Origin: a virus
Length of the DNA stretch: 64,000 bases
Virus record (IMG/VR): IMGVR_UViG_3300023179_000057
Span: 27,655-91,654 of that record
Direction: 5' to 3' (one strand)
Shown here: positions 20,726 through 31,202 of the stretch, in pieces
Numbering within the stretch: the stretch's first letter is position 1
Layout: the number at the start of each line of letters is the position of its first letter
Made by a program: the position numbers and the translations under genes
Notes under the pieces: model-generated
The model's database searches: none
Told to the model about the DNA's origin: nothing
Seen by the model: only the letters and a program-made list of their open reading frames with translations

Positions 20726-21941
20726 TACAGAAGCAAAACTAATTAGTGCAGTATTAAGTGATAAACAAATACATGTTTTGCTACAAGCCAACGTAGATAA
20801 TCTTTTAAGAACTCATAATGATGTCTGGAATTTTATCAGGTTATATTCAGAAAATAATCAATCAGTTCCGCCAGCATCTTTGGTCGTAGAAAAATTTAGA
20901 GATTTTGCTCCAGTAGAAAATGTTGGATCAACCAAACACCACTTAGAAGAATTACAAACAGAGTATTTAAATGATAGCCTTAAAGATATATTACGTAATG
21001 CAGCATCTGAAGTTCAGGTAGGAAATGGTTCAAATGCCCTTGAGCAATTAATTACAAAAACATCTGAGTTAAAAAAGAATACCGCTGCTATTAGGGATAT
21101 TGAAGTTACAGATTTAGATTCAGCGGTTGCATATTTTGAAAATGTAAAAAAAATGCAGGATCTTGGACACATTGGAATTAAAACAGGACTACCAGGATTT
21201 GATAATTATTTACCTTCAGGAATTATGCCAGGGCAATTAGGAGTATTTTTAGCCTATCCAGGAATAGGTAAATCTTGGCTGGCATTGTATTTTGCTGTAC
21301 AGGCTTGGAAGCAAGGTCGTAGTCCACTTATTATCAGTCTTGAAATGTCTGAAACAGAAGTTCGTAATCGTGTATTTGCAATTATGGGTGAAGGACTTTG
21401 GTCTCATCGTAAACTTAGTAATGGTGAAGTAGAAATTGATATGCTTAAAAAATGGCATGCTGAAAAATTAGCAGGTAAGCCAGAGTTTCATATTATTTCT
21501 AATGATAATGGTGGAGATTTAACTCCATCAGTTATACGTGGAAAGATTGATCAATATAAACCAGACTTTGTTATTGTAGATTATTTACAACTTATGTCAC
21601 CAAATCAAAAAGCAGACAACGAGACGGTACGTATGAAAAATCTATCTCGTGAACTTAAACTTATGTCTATTAGTGAAGAAGTTCCTATTATTGCTATATC
21701 TTCTGCTACTCCAGATGACGTTAAAGATCTTTCTACACCGCCAACTTTAGGGCAGACTGCATGGTCTAGACAAATTGCTTATGATGCTGACTGGGTAATG
21801 GCATTAGGTCGTGCTACGAATAGTGATATTATTGAATGCGTATTTAGAAAAAATAGAAATGGTTTTATGGGAGACTTTTTAGTTCAAGTAGACTTTGATA
21901 GAGGCTACTATCGTTATAAGGATTTTGAAGATGATAAATAG
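20718..21941 (+). CDS. dnaB: Replicative DnaB-like helicase
   Basis: AYPGIGKS Walker A, SLEMS, IVDYLQLM, QIAYDAD, KNRNG. Confidence 0.95.
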   Translation: MNNTEAKLISAVLSDKQIHVLLQANVDNLLRTHNDVWNFIRLYSENNQSVPPASLVVEKFRDFAPVENVGSTKHHLEELQTEYLNDSLKDILRNAASEVQVGNGSNALEQLITKTSELKKNTAAIRDIEVTDLDSAVAYFENVKKMQDLGHIGIKTGLPGFDNYLPSGIMPGQLGVFLAYPGIGKSWLALYFAVQAWKQGRSPLIISLEMSETEVRNRVFAIMGEGLWSHRKLSNGEVEIDMLKKWHAEKLAGKPEFHIISNDNGGDLTPSVIRGKIDQYKPDFVIVDYLQLMSPNQKADNETVRMKNLSRELKLMSISEEVPIIAISSATPDDVKDLSTPPTLGQTAWSRQIAYDADWVMALGRATNSDIIECVFRKNRNGFMGDFLVQVDFDRGYYRYKDFEDDK

Positions 21942-22857
21942 AGATTCATATACAGCAGAACAAGTTAAGCGTGTACTAACTGGCGCTGGTATTGATATTG
22001 AAGCAGAGTATGGAACTGATTATATTGTTTTTTGTCCATATCATAACAATAATAGAACTCCCGCTGGAGAAGTGTCAAAAGAGCATGGAATGTTTTTTTG
22101 TTTTGGATGTCAAACCACAAAAACTCTTATTGAGTTTGTAATGTATACATCTAATAGAACTTATTTTGAGGCTGTAAGATATATTAAAAGTAAAGAGCAA
22201 GAAACAAATATTGAGGATTCTGTTAATAAAGCATTGATCAGCAAACCTGAGTTTGTCCAATATGACGAGTTATTAATTAAAAGATTAAATAATCAAGCAT
22301 TAGAATCTCCAAGAGCAATTAGATATTTTGAAGGTAGAAAAATTACAAAAGAGTCAATAGATAAGTTTAGTCTTGGATACTCTGAAAAACAAGATTCAGT
22401 TACTATACCAATACATTCTCCAGATGGAATGTGTATAGGTTTTGTTGCAAGAACTATTGAAGGCAAAGAATTTAAAAATACACCAGGATTACCAAAAGGA
22501 AAAGTTTTATTTAATTTGCACAGGATAAAAACATCTAGCACAGTTTATGTTGTAGAGTCATCCTTTGATGCAATTAGATTAGATCAAGTAGGATTCCCTG
22601 CCGTTGCTACGTTAGGGGCTAATGTTTCTGCAGCACAGATAAGGTTGTTAGAAAAATATTTTAACAGCATTGTTTTGATTGCAGACAACGATGATGCAGG
22701 AATAATAATGAGAGATAAGTTAATTGAAAAACTTGGACCTGTTGTTACTTCTGTATATATAGATAAAAAGTATAAAGATATAGGTGACATGGATGATCAA
22801 GCAATTAAAAAGTTAGAATTCCAGTTTGACAACTCTATAATTAATATGCTACAATAA
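21895..22857 (+). CDS. dnaG: DNA primase (CHC2 Zn finger + TOPRIM)
   Basis: CPYH...CFGC; VVESSFDA, ATLG, ADNDDAG; true start may be near 21931. Confidence 0.9.
   Translation: MIEATIVIRILKMINRDSYTAEQVKRVLTGAGIDIEAEYGTDYIVFCPYHNNNRTPAGEVSKEHGMFFCFGCQTTKTLIEFVMYTSNRTYFEAVRYIKSKEQETNIEDSVNKALISKPEFVQYDELLIKRLNNQALESPRAIRYFEGRKITKESIDKFSLGYSEKQDSVTIPIHSPDGMCIGFVARTIEGKEFKNTPGLPKGKVLFNLHRIKTSSTVYVVESSFDAIRLDQVGFPAVATLGANVSAAQIRLLEKYFNSIVLIADNDDAGIIMRDKLIEKLGPVVTSVYIDKKYKDIGDMDDQAIKKLEFQFDNSIINMLQ
22826..22855 (+). promoter_or_regulatory. Sigma70/SigA-type promoter
   Basis: TTGACA-18-TACAAT with TG extension, upstream of AhpD-like gene. Confidence 0.6.
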
Positions 22858-22874
22858 AAAAAAGGAAAAATAAA

Positions 22875-23408
22875 ATGAGTGAAAAAATATTTGACTCTTT
22901 AAAAGAAACTTCAACAATTGTTGATGTTTTTATGCAAAGACCATCAAAATATATGATGTTATTATCTTTTGCACAAGAAATATTAAGAGAAGATTCTTTT
23001 TTGTCAAAACAAGATAGAGAATTAATTGCAACTTTTACTTCAAATTTAAATAATTGTAAATTTTGTACTGGATCACACAAAGTTTTTGCATTGTCTGTAG
23101 GTGCATCTGAAGAAGAAGTTAATATTGCACTATCTGATAATTATTCTGGACATAGGCTTGAAAGTATTTTAGACTATGTTAAAAAATTAACTGTTGCTCC
23201 ATCATCAATTACAAAAAAGGATGCACAAAAGGTATTTGATGTTGGATTTTCAGAAGATGAACTAAAGGATGCTATTGCTGTTTGTGCTGCCTTTAATCTA
23301 TTTAATAGAATTGTTGAAGGGCACGGAATACAAGAAAATGCTGATACTTGGTTGCCCTCAGCAGAACAAATAAATAAATCAGGATATGATAAAAGATATG
23401 AAAAATAA
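22875..23408 (+). CDS. AhpD/carboxymuconolactone-decarboxylase-family peroxidase-like protein
   Basis: LSKQDRELIA...NNCKFCTGSH (CxxCxxxH), FNLFNRIV. Confidence 0.85.
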   Translation: MSEKIFDSLKETSTIVDVFMQRPSKYMMLLSFAQEILREDSFLSKQDRELIATFTSNLNNCKFCTGSHKVFALSVGASEEEVNIALSDNYSGHRLESILDYVKKLTVAPSSITKKDAQKVFDVGFSEDELKDAIAVCAAFNLFNRIVEGHGIQENADTWLPSAEQINKSGYDKRYEK

Positions 23409-23706
23409 AAAAGTAAAAAGACATATGGAGTGGGTCATTGCTTTAAAAACAATGAGTCATAAAAAATATTGGAATAGACCAAACACAGTAGAATTTTTTG
23501 CGTTTGTTGCTAAAGCCTGTATAATTTTTCCAGGATTACTTTTTGGAAAAGAAATTTGGTGGCTATATATCTTTGCACTTGTTTCAAGTCTTGGATTAAT
23601 CTGGTCATCAACAATAAAAACTATACCAACCCTTATATGGTTTAATATATTGTGGAGCATTCTTGCTATTGCATATATGTTAAAATATTTTGGGTTAATA
23701 TTATAA
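23386..23706 (+). CDS. Small membrane protein (about 3 TM)
   Basis: Three hydrophobic segments. Confidence 0.55.
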   Translation: MIKDMKNKKVKRHMEWVIALKTMSHKKYWNRPNTVEFFAFVAKACIIFPGLLFGKEIWWLYIFALVSSLGLIWSSTIKTIPTLIWFNILWSILAIAYMLKYFGLIL

Positions 23707-23727
23707 AAATAGGAGAAAAATAAAAAT

Positions 23728-24384
23728 ATGACTATAGTAAAGGGACTAAAAAACATTAACGCCCTAGTTGACAAACCAAAATATGATGAAAACTCTCCAA
23801 AGGTAAGATGGCTAAAACTTGCCGATGGACAATCTGCAAAAATTAGATTCGTTGAAGAACTTGACGAAGATTCTGCAAACTATAATCCTGAAAGAGGATT
23901 AGCACTTGTTGTAAAAGAACACGTAAATCCAAAAGACTACAAGCGCAAGGCTGTAGACACAATGGAAACAGAAGGTCGTGACTGGGCAGAAGAAATGCAC
24001 AGAAAAGATCCAAAGGCTGGCTGGAGAGCACGTCTTCGTTTTTACTGCAACGTTTTAGTAGACGACGGCATTGAAGCACCATATACCGCAATTTGGTCAA
24101 TGGGTGTTAGCAAGCAATCAGCATTTAATACAATTCGTGAGTATGCTCTTGAAACAGGAAGCATCTCAAACGTAAACTGGAAATTAAAGCGTAATGGCCA
24201 AGGTACAGAAACAAGTTATACACTAATTCCATCTGCACCAGATAAAGAGCCATACGACTGGTCAGCAGTTAAGCCATATCCACTTGAGTTAGCATTAAAG
24301 AAAATTCCTTATGCTGAACAAGAGGCTTTCTATTTGGGGTTTGATACCCCATCTGTAACTTCATCAACCAATACAGATTGGTAA
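23728..24384 (+). CDS. Single-stranded DNA-binding protein (gp32-like)
   Basis: LKRNGQGTETSYTL motif, acidic/Trp C-terminus, upstream of polymerase. Confidence 0.7.
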   Translation: MTIVKGLKNINALVDKPKYDENSPKVRWLKLADGQSAKIRFVEELDEDSANYNPERGLALVVKEHVNPKDYKRKAVDTMETEGRDWAEEMHRKDPKAGWRARLRFYCNVLVDDGIEAPYTAIWSMGVSKQSAFNTIREYALETGSISNVNWKLKRNGQGTETSYTLIPSAPDKEPYDWSAVKPYPLELALKKIPYAEQEAFYLGFDTPSVTSSTNTDW

Positions 24385-24385
24385 A

Positions 24386-27300
24386 ATGAGTTACGTAGGC
24401 TTACACGTACACACTCATTACTCACTGTTTGACGGTGTTGCTACTCCAGAAGAATATATAAACCGAGCAGTTGAACTTGGTATGCCAGCACTGGCTATCA
24501 CAGATCACGGAACCTTATCTGGGCATCGGGAACTGTACCGAATTGCAAAAGCAAAAGGTGTAAAGCCAATTCTAGGTCTAGAAGGATATATGTGTGCAGA
24601 CATATCTGATAGAAGAGATAAGTCTGAAAGATCAGGTCAACAAGATCTTGTATATAATCATATTATCCTTCTAGCCAAGAATCAAAAAGGTTTAGAAAAT
24701 CTTAATAAAATTAGTGAAATTTCATGGACAGATGGATTTTTTAAAAAGCCAAGATTTGATTTTGCCATATTAGAAAAATATAAAGAAGGTATTATTGTTA
24801 CTTCTGCATGTCCAAGTAGCGTTCTTGTTAAAGCATTAGAAGAACAAGAGTTTGCACTTGCTAAAAAACATATTGCTTGGTTTAAAAATAATTTTGGCAA
24901 TGATTACTACATTGAAGTTATGCCACACAATGCACCAGAAATAAATAAATATTTATTAGAACTTGCGGATGAATTTAACATAAAGGCTATTGTTACACCA
25001 GACTGTCACCATTCAGATACATCTCAAAGAGAAGTACAAGAATTTAAATTATTATTAAATACTCACGCAAAAGTAAATAAAGAAGCATCCTATGAAAAAT
25101 CTAAAAAGAAAACAGATATGATGGAAAGATTAGATTATCTTTATGGTGCTGATCGTGATATTACATTTAACAAATTCAATATTCATTTGCTTTCTTATGA
25201 AGAAATAAAAGCAGATATGCAAAAGCAGGGTATTTATAGAGAAGACATATATTCCAATACATTGTTATTAGCAGATACAGTAGAAGATTATAACATTCAA
25301 GATGGGCTAAACCTTCTTCCAGTTCAATATAAAAATCCAGATCAAGAGTTAGCAAACTTAGCATTTGCAGGCCTTGAAGAAAAAAGACTTAATTCTAATT
25401 GGCTTGGTAATGATATATATGAGGAAAGACTTGATGAAGAGTTATTAATTATTAGAGATAAAAAGTTTGCACCATACTTTCTTGTAGTAAGCAATATGAT
25501 TAACTGGGCAAAAAAAGAAAACATTTTAGTTGGTCCAGGACGTGGATCTTCTGCTGGATCTTTAGTTTGTTACTTACTTGGCATAACCGATATTGATCCA
25601 ATTGAACATAATCTTTTGTTTTTCCGCTTTATTAATCCAGAAAGAAATGATTTTCCAGATATTGACACAGATATTCAAGATTCAAGACGTGATGAAGTAA
25701 AAGATTATTTAGTTAAACAATATAGACATGTTGCATCTATTGCTACCTTTTTACAATTTAAAGATAAAGGTGTTGTTAGAGATGTTGCACGAGTTTTAGA
25801 TATTCCATTAACTGATGTAAATAAAGTTTTAAAGTTAGTTGATACATGGGATGAATTTTGTACTTCAAAAAATACCCAATGGTTTAGAGACAAATATCCA
25901 GAAATAGAAAAATATGGAGAACAACTTCGTGGTCGTATTCGTGGAACTGGCATTCATGCTGCTGGAGTTGTTACTAGTAAAAACCCTATATTTAGATATG
26001 CACCACTAGAGACTCGCTCTTCTCCTGGATCACAAGAAAGAATTCCTGTAGTTGGTATTGATATGCAAGAGGCTGAAAGAATAGGTCTTATTAAAATTGA
26101 TGCATTAGGATTAAAAACTTTAAGTGTAATTAAAGATACAATTGATATTATAAAACAAAATCATTATAAAGATATTGACCTACTTTCTCTTGATATGCAA
26201 GATCCAAAAATATATGAAATGTTATCTGATGGGTATACAAAAGGTGTATTCCAATGTGAAGCAACTCCTTATACAAATTTACTTGTAAAAATGGGTGTAA
26301 AAAACTTTGATGAACTTGCAGCATCAAATGCCCTTGTTCGTCCAGGAGCAATGAATACTATTGGAAAAGATTATATTGCTCGTAAACATGGTCGTCAAAA
26401 TATTGATTATCTGCATCAGGTTTTAAAGCCTATAACTCAAGAAACATATGGGTGTATTCTATATCAGGAACAAGTTATGCAGGCTTGCGTTGAACTTGGT
26501 GGTATGACAATGGCAGAGGCAGACAAAGTAAGAAAGATTATTGGTAAAAAGAAAGATGCAAAAGAGTTCGGTGTTTTTCAAGATAGGTTTGTTTCTGGGG
26601 CGAGTAAGTTCATATCTCCTAATCAAGCCCTTGATTTATGGCATGACTTTGAGGCACATGCGGGGTATTCGTTCAACAAAAGTCATGCGGTTGCTTACTC
26701 TACGCTCTCGTATTGGACGGCGTGGTTAAAATATTATTATCCATTAGAGTTTATGTTTGCTCTTCTTAAAAATGAAAAAGATAAAGATGGTCGTACAGAA
26801 TATCTAATTGAAGCAAAGCGTATGGGAATTCCAGTAAAACTTCCACACATAAATGACTCTGATTTAGATTTTAAGATTGAAGGTAAAGGCATTAGATTTG
26901 GTCTTACTGGAATTAAATTTATTTCAGATAACATTGCTCAAAAATATATTAATGCTAGACCATTTAATACATATAAAGAATTAGAGGAGTTTACTTTTAC
27001 AAAAGGTAATGGCGTTAATAGTAGAGCGCTAAATGCTTTAAAGTTAACAGGTGCAGCAACATTTTCTGATAATCCCAGAAATGATGAAGAGATAAAAGAA
27101 AATCTTTATGAGTATTTAAATCTTCCAGAGTTTAATATTACTATTCCTTCTCATTATCATGCCTTTATTAATGAGGTTTGTGATTTTGAAGAAAAAGGAT
27201 CTTTTATTTTAATGGGAATGATAAAATCAATTAAACGAAGAAAAGGGTGGTCAAGAGTTGAAATTTTGGACAAAACTGGGTCTGTCGGTATATTTGATGA

Positions 27301-27673
27301 TGAAAATACCACGATTGAGACTGGTCGTACTTATATTATTGTTGCTAATGATAATAGGATTGTTACTACAGTTCCTATTGATGAAATAAAAGGATCGTCA
27401 AATGCATTAATTAAGTTTTTAAGTTATAAACAATTGCCATACAAAGAAGATGAAATGTTTGTAGTTTCTTTTAAACCAAGAGTAACTAAAGCAGGTAAAA
27501 AAATGGCTTCATTAACTTTAGCAGATACAGCAAGAGAATTACATTCAGTTACTGTATTTCCAACTGCATTTCCAAAAGCATATATGCATGTTCAAGAAGG
27601 AAGCGCTTATAAATTTAGTTTTGGCAAAACAAAAGACGGTACAGTAATAATGGAGGATGTAAATGTCAGTTAG
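24386..27673 (+). CDS. dnaE: DNA polymerase III alpha subunit
   Basis: PHP HVHTHYS/TDHG, GRGSSAGS, PDIDTD, HAAG, KIDALGL, YSFNKSH. Confidence 0.97.
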   Translation: MSYVGLHVHTHYSLFDGVATPEEYINRAVELGMPALAITDHGTLSGHRELYRIAKAKGVKPILGLEGYMCADISDRRDKSERSGQQDLVYNHIILLAKNQKGLENLNKISEISWTDGFFKKPRFDFAILEKYKEGIIVTSACPSSVLVKALEEQEFALAKKHIAWFKNNFGNDYYIEVMPHNAPEINKYLLELADEFNIKAIVTPDCHHSDTSQREVQEFKLLLNTHAKVNKEASYEKSKKKTDMMERLDYLYGADRDITFNKFNIHLLSYEEIKADMQKQGIYREDIYSNTLLLADTVEDYNIQDGLNLLPVQYKNPDQELANLAFAGLEEKRLNSNWLGNDIYEERLDEELLIIRDKKFAPYFLVVSNMINWAKKENILVGPGRGSSAGSLVCYLLGITDIDPIEHNLLFFRFINPERNDFPDIDTDIQDSRRDEVKDYLVKQYRHVASIATFLQFKDKGVVRDVARVLDIPLTDVNKVLKLVDTWDEFCTSKNTQWFRDKYPEIEKYGEQLRGRIRGTGIHAAGVVTSKNPIFRYAPLETRSSPGSQERIPVVGIDMQEAERIGLIKIDALGLKTLSVIKDTIDIIKQNHYKDIDLLSLDMQDPKIYEMLSDGYTKGVFQCEATPYTNLLVKMGVKNFDELAASNALVRPGAMNTIGKDYIARKHGRQNIDYLHQVLKPITQETYGCILYQEQVMQACVELGGMTMAEADKVRKIIGKKKDAKEFGVFQDRFVSGASKFISPNQALDLWHDFEAHAGYSFNKSHAVAYSTLSYWTAWLKYYYPLEFMFALLKNEKDKDGRTEYLIEAKRMGIPVKLPHINDSDLDFKIEGKGIRFGLTGIKFISDNIAQKYINARPFNTYKELEEFTFTKGNGVNSRALNALKLTGAATFSDNPRNDEEIKENLYEYLNLPEFNITIPSHYHAFINEVCDFEEKGSFILMGMIKSIKRRKGWSRVEILDKTGSVGIFDDENTTIETGRTYIIVANDNRIVTTVPIDEIKGSSNALIKFLSYKQLPYKEDEMFVVSFKPRVTKAGKKMASLTLADTARELHSVTVFPTAFPKAYMHVQEGSAYKFSFGKTKDGTVIMEDVNVS

Positions 27674-28676
27674 TGTAGAAGATGTATTATCGCAGTTAGA
27701 CCCAAGAATACGTAAACGTTTGGGAACAGGAGAGGGCGTTACATTTGAATATCAGCCAACTCCAAGTTTTGGACTTAATCGTGCATTAAATGGTGGTTTA
27801 CCATATGGCCGTCAAGTTTTAATTTGGGGTAGTAAGTCTTCTGCTAAATCATCTATGTGTTTGCAAATGATTGCTTTAGCACAAAAAGAAGGCAAGGTTT
27901 GTGCATGGATTGACTCTGAGATGTCATACTCTGAAGATTGGGCGAAAAAACTTGGGGTAGATCCAACAAAACTTATTTATTCACAAGCAAGAACTATCAG
28001 TGATATGGTAGAGATTGGTGTCAGCCTTATGAATGCTGGCGTTGATTTAATTGTGGTTGATTCAATTACTTCTTTGTTGCCTGCAATCTATTTTGAAAAA
28101 GATTCAGACGAAATGAAGGCTCTTGAAAACACTAAACAAATTGGAGCAGAGTCTAGAGACTTTAGCAATGCATGGAAAATGCTTAACTATGCTAATAACA
28201 AAGTAAAACCTACTTTGCTTGTTCTTATTTCACAATCAAGAAATAATATTAATGCAATGTATACAAGTCAACAGCCATCTGGTGGACAAGCAACAAAGTT
28301 TTATTCATCCTGTGTTATAAAATTATTTTCTTCTGAATCAGATAATCAAGCAATTAAAGGAAAAATTAAAGTAGGAGATAAATTAATTGAAGAAAAAATT
28401 GGCAGAAAAGTTAGATGGGAATTACAGTTTTCAAAAACTTCTCCAGGTTTCCAATCTGGTGAGTATGATTTTTATTTTAGAGGTGATGATCTTGGTGTTG
28501 ATGCAATAGGTGATTTAGTTGATACTGCAGAATCAGTTGGTCTACTTAATAGAACTGGTGCTTGGTATCAGTTAGATGATGGAACCAAAGTGCAGGGTCG
28601 TGATGGCTTAATAAATCGTGTTAAAGAAGATTTAAATTTACAAGAACAACTTAGGACAAAAATAGTTAATGGCTGA
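27663..28676 (+). CDS. recA: RecA-like recombinase
   Basis: GGLPYGR..IWGSKSSAKS, WIDSE, VVDS, GG.A.KFYSS, GAWY. Confidence 0.92.
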   Translation: MSVSVEDVLSQLDPRIRKRLGTGEGVTFEYQPTPSFGLNRALNGGLPYGRQVLIWGSKSSAKSSMCLQMIALAQKEGKVCAWIDSEMSYSEDWAKKLGVDPTKLIYSQARTISDMVEIGVSLMNAGVDLIVVDSITSLLPAIYFEKDSDEMKALENTKQIGAESRDFSNAWKMLNYANNKVKPTLLVLISQSRNNINAMYTSQQPSGGQATKFYSSCVIKLFSSESDNQAIKGKIKVGDKLIEEKIGRKVRWELQFSKTSPGFQSGEYDFYFRGDDLGVDAIGDLVDTAESVGLLNRTGAWYQLDDGTKVQGRDGLINRVKEDLNLQEQLRTKIVNG

Positions 28677-28854
28677 ACAAAATTTTTCTACCTATGAAGG
28701 TAAATGGCCGTGCAAAGTTTGTCAAGAAATTGTAAAAATATTAAGATATTGGAGAGAGACTGGAGATGCTACTTGGATGTGTTCACAAAAACATATTTCA
28801 AAAGTTAATTTAATTCCTCCTAAAAAAAGAAAAAAGGATTTTGCTGATGAGTGA
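28669..28854 (+). CDS. Small Zn-binding hypothetical protein
   Basis: CKVC...CSQKH. Confidence 0.5.
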   Translation: MAEQNFSTYEGKWPCKVCQEIVKILRYWRETGDATWMCSQKHISKVNLIPPKKRKKDFADE

Positions 28855-29137
28855 AAAAAATGAATCAAAGAGGATAGGTGCAAAACAACATAAAAATTCT
28901 GGTCGCAACACTAAAAAAGGTGATGCAACTTGGAAAAATTTTATTGTTGATTTCAAAGAATCTTCTAAATCATTTACCCTTAATCAAGATATTTGGGCTA
29001 AGGCAGTTACTGACTCTTTAAAGGCGGGTAAAGATAAATCACCAGCAATAATTGTTATCTTTGGAGAAGGCAATAAAAAAACTCGTCTTGCTATAATAGA
29101 ATTTGATTTATTAGATCAACTTACGGGGGAAAAATAA
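28847..29137 (+). CDS. PD-(D/E)xK Holliday-junction-resolvase-like nuclease
   Basis: E...NSG...KGD...VDFKE. Confidence 0.6.
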   Translation: MSEKNESKRIGAKQHKNSGRNTKKGDATWKNFIVDFKESSKSFTLNQDIWAKAVTDSLKAGKDKSPAIIVIFGEGNKKTRLAIIEFDLLDQLTGEK

Positions 29138-29448
29138 TGGAGCAAGCATCAAATAAAACAACCCTTGAAATGGTTAATGGTTTGACAGAAATTGCAGAGT
29201 ATATGCAAGATGAAGAACTTACAACTGCTTTAACAATGATTGCAAAGATCATTATTAAGCCAGACATTCCACTTCAGGTAGCAAGTTTAGAGATTGTAAG
29301 GCTTCAGGCTATTGCTGCAAAAATGTCATTTAAAGCAACTTGGATGGCAAATGTTGATAAAACTGACAGGGCAAAGAAAAACATATACTTTACAGCAGCA
29401 GAAGCAATTAATGACTTAGTATCAGCACTCAAGTACATAATGCGTTAA
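29137..29448 (+). CDS. Conserved hypothetical protein
   Basis: Coupled ORF in recombination operon. Confidence 0.5.
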   Translation: MEQASNKTTLEMVNGLTEIAEYMQDEELTTALTMIAKIIIKPDIPLQVASLEIVRLQAIAAKMSFKATWMANVDKTDRAKKNIYFTAAEAINDLVSALKYIMR

Positions 29449-29480
29449 TTTGGTATACTTAATATAAACAAGGGATAAAA

Positions 29481-30341
29481 ATGACTAAAAACTTGCTAGA
29501 ACAGATTATGGTTAAAAAAATTAACCAAAGTAAGAGTATTAATCAAGGAGATGAATCATTCGTTGATGGTTTGGCAGATGCAATTAATTCTGGATACCTT
29601 GCAAAAACAAAGCCAAAGTTTACAAAGAAAAATAATTTTTCTGCATCTGGATTAACTTATGGTGCTGGAGAATGTCCAAGGTATTGGCATTTAGCATTTG
29701 ATGGACAAATACATTATGATAATGCAGATGCTTGGGGTGTGGCAAATAGAACACAGGGAACACAGGGTCATGAAAGAATTCAAGAAGCAATACAGGCTTC
29801 TGGATTACTTGATGAAGAAATGGAAATGGATCCACTTCCAAGAAAATATAATAAACAAACTCATCCAGCAATGGAGTTTAGAGTTAAAGTTGATGATCCA
29901 CCATTTGATGGTTATGGCGATGTAATGCTTAAATACAAAGGTGAAAGACTTATCGGTGAAATTAAAACAATGCCAAATGATGGATTTCAATATAAAAAAA
30001 TTAGCAGACGTCCTAAGATGGCACACCTAATGCAATTATTAATGTATATGAAGGTTTGGAAAATTCGTAAAGGCGTAATTATTTATGAAAATAAAAATAG
30101 TCATGAATTACTTACTTTGCCTGTAGTGGTAAATGATCATTATCGTAATTGGGTTGATCAAGCCTTTGATTGGATGAGAGAAGTTTATAAAACTTGGCAA
30201 AATAAAGAATTAGCACAAAAACCATACCGCTCTAATTCAAAAATTTGCAAGGTTTGTCCTATTCAAAAAGCATGTGCTGAAGCAGAGGTTGGAACAATAA
30301 AAATCAAACCTTTGGAATTATTAAAGGATGATATGGATTAA
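29481..30341 (+). CDS. Cas4-like PD-(D/E)xK exonuclease
   Basis: CPR, G...H, GD..EIKT, QLLMYM, C..C.....C Fe-S pattern. Confidence 0.85.
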   Translation: MTKNLLEQIMVKKINQSKSINQGDESFVDGLADAINSGYLAKTKPKFTKKNNFSASGLTYGAGECPRYWHLAFDGQIHYDNADAWGVANRTQGTQGHERIQEAIQASGLLDEEMEMDPLPRKYNKQTHPAMEFRVKVDDPPFDGYGDVMLKYKGERLIGEIKTMPNDGFQYKKISRRPKMAHLMQLLMYMKVWKIRKGVIIYENKNSHELLTLPVVVNDHYRNWVDQAFDWMREVYKTWQNKELAQKPYRSNSKICKVCPIQKACAEAEVGTIKIKPLELLKDDMD

Positions 30342-30346
30342 TTGAT

Positions 30347-30640
30347 GTGAGACTTTGTGAAAGGTGCGATAAAAGTTTTAAACCAAAAGTAAGTTATCAA
30401 ATTTACTGTGGAGATGAATGCAGAGAAATCGCAACAAAAAATAAAATAGCAGAAAGATATCAAATAACCCGAAGACAAAGAAGAAAGGGAAAGAAAAGGC
30501 TCTGTCTTGGTGGTTGTGGTAAGCAGTTGTCAATATATAATGATTCTGGTTTTTGTTCTGATTGTAATGTAAATAAAAAAGAAGTAGATAAAATGTTAAA
30601 ACAAATAAAGGGGTTTATTGATTATGAACAACAATGGTAA
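30347..30640 (+). CDS. Cys-rich zinc-finger protein
   Basis: CERC, YCGDEC, CLGGC, CSDC. Confidence 0.6.
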   Translation: MRLCERCDKSFKPKVSYQIYCGDECREIATKNKIAERYQITRRQRRKGKKRLCLGGCGKQLSIYNDSGFCSDCNVNKKEVDKMLKQIKGFIDYEQQW

Positions 30641-31202
30641 CCCTAAAACTATTTGTGCAATTGATGCTAGTACTAATAGTCTTGCTTTTGCAATTTTTAA
30701 TAATAATAATTTAGGAAATATTGGAAAGATTAAATTTGAAGGAAATACTAACTATGAAAAAGTTATGGATGCGTGTAAAAAAACAAAAGCGTTTTTTGAA
30801 TATTATAATGGTTTTGAAGCAATTGTAATTGAGCATACTGTTTTTATGAATAGCCCTAAAACTGCTGCAGATTTAGCATTAGTTCAGGGTGCACTGTTAG
30901 GAGCAGCAGGATTGACTGGAACAAAGACGATAGGAACTGTAGCACCAATTACTTGGCAAAACTATTTAGGAAATAAAAAACTAACTAAAGAAGAACAGGT
31001 TATAATTAGATCAAAGAATCCTGGTAAGTCAGATTCTTGGTACAAGACATATGAAAGACAGATTAGAAAAGAAAGGACCATAAAGTTAATTGAAATCAAC
31101 TATTGTAAAACTATTAGCGACAATGATGTTGCTGACGCTTGTGGTATCGGTCATTGGGCTATTAATAATTGGAATAAAGCAATAAGGGAAAATATAAAAT
31201 GA
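30618..31202 (+). CDS. RuvC-like resolvase
   Basis: AIDAST, IVIE, DNDVADACGI. Confidence 0.8.
   Translation: MIMNNNGNPKTICAIDASTNSLAFAIFNNNNLGNIGKIKFEGNTNYEKVMDACKKTKAFFEYYNGFEAIVIEHTVFMNSPKTAADLALVQGALLGAAGLTGTKTIGTVAPITWQNYLGNKKLTKEEQVIIRSKNPGKSDSWYKTYERQIRKERTIKLIEINYCKTISDNDVADACGIGHWAINNWNKAIRENIK

Noticed and set aside
29481-30341. Cas4-like gene as evidence of CRISPR-Cas
   Set aside because: No repeat-spacer array or other cas genes; solo Cas4-like exonucleases are common in phage recombination modules
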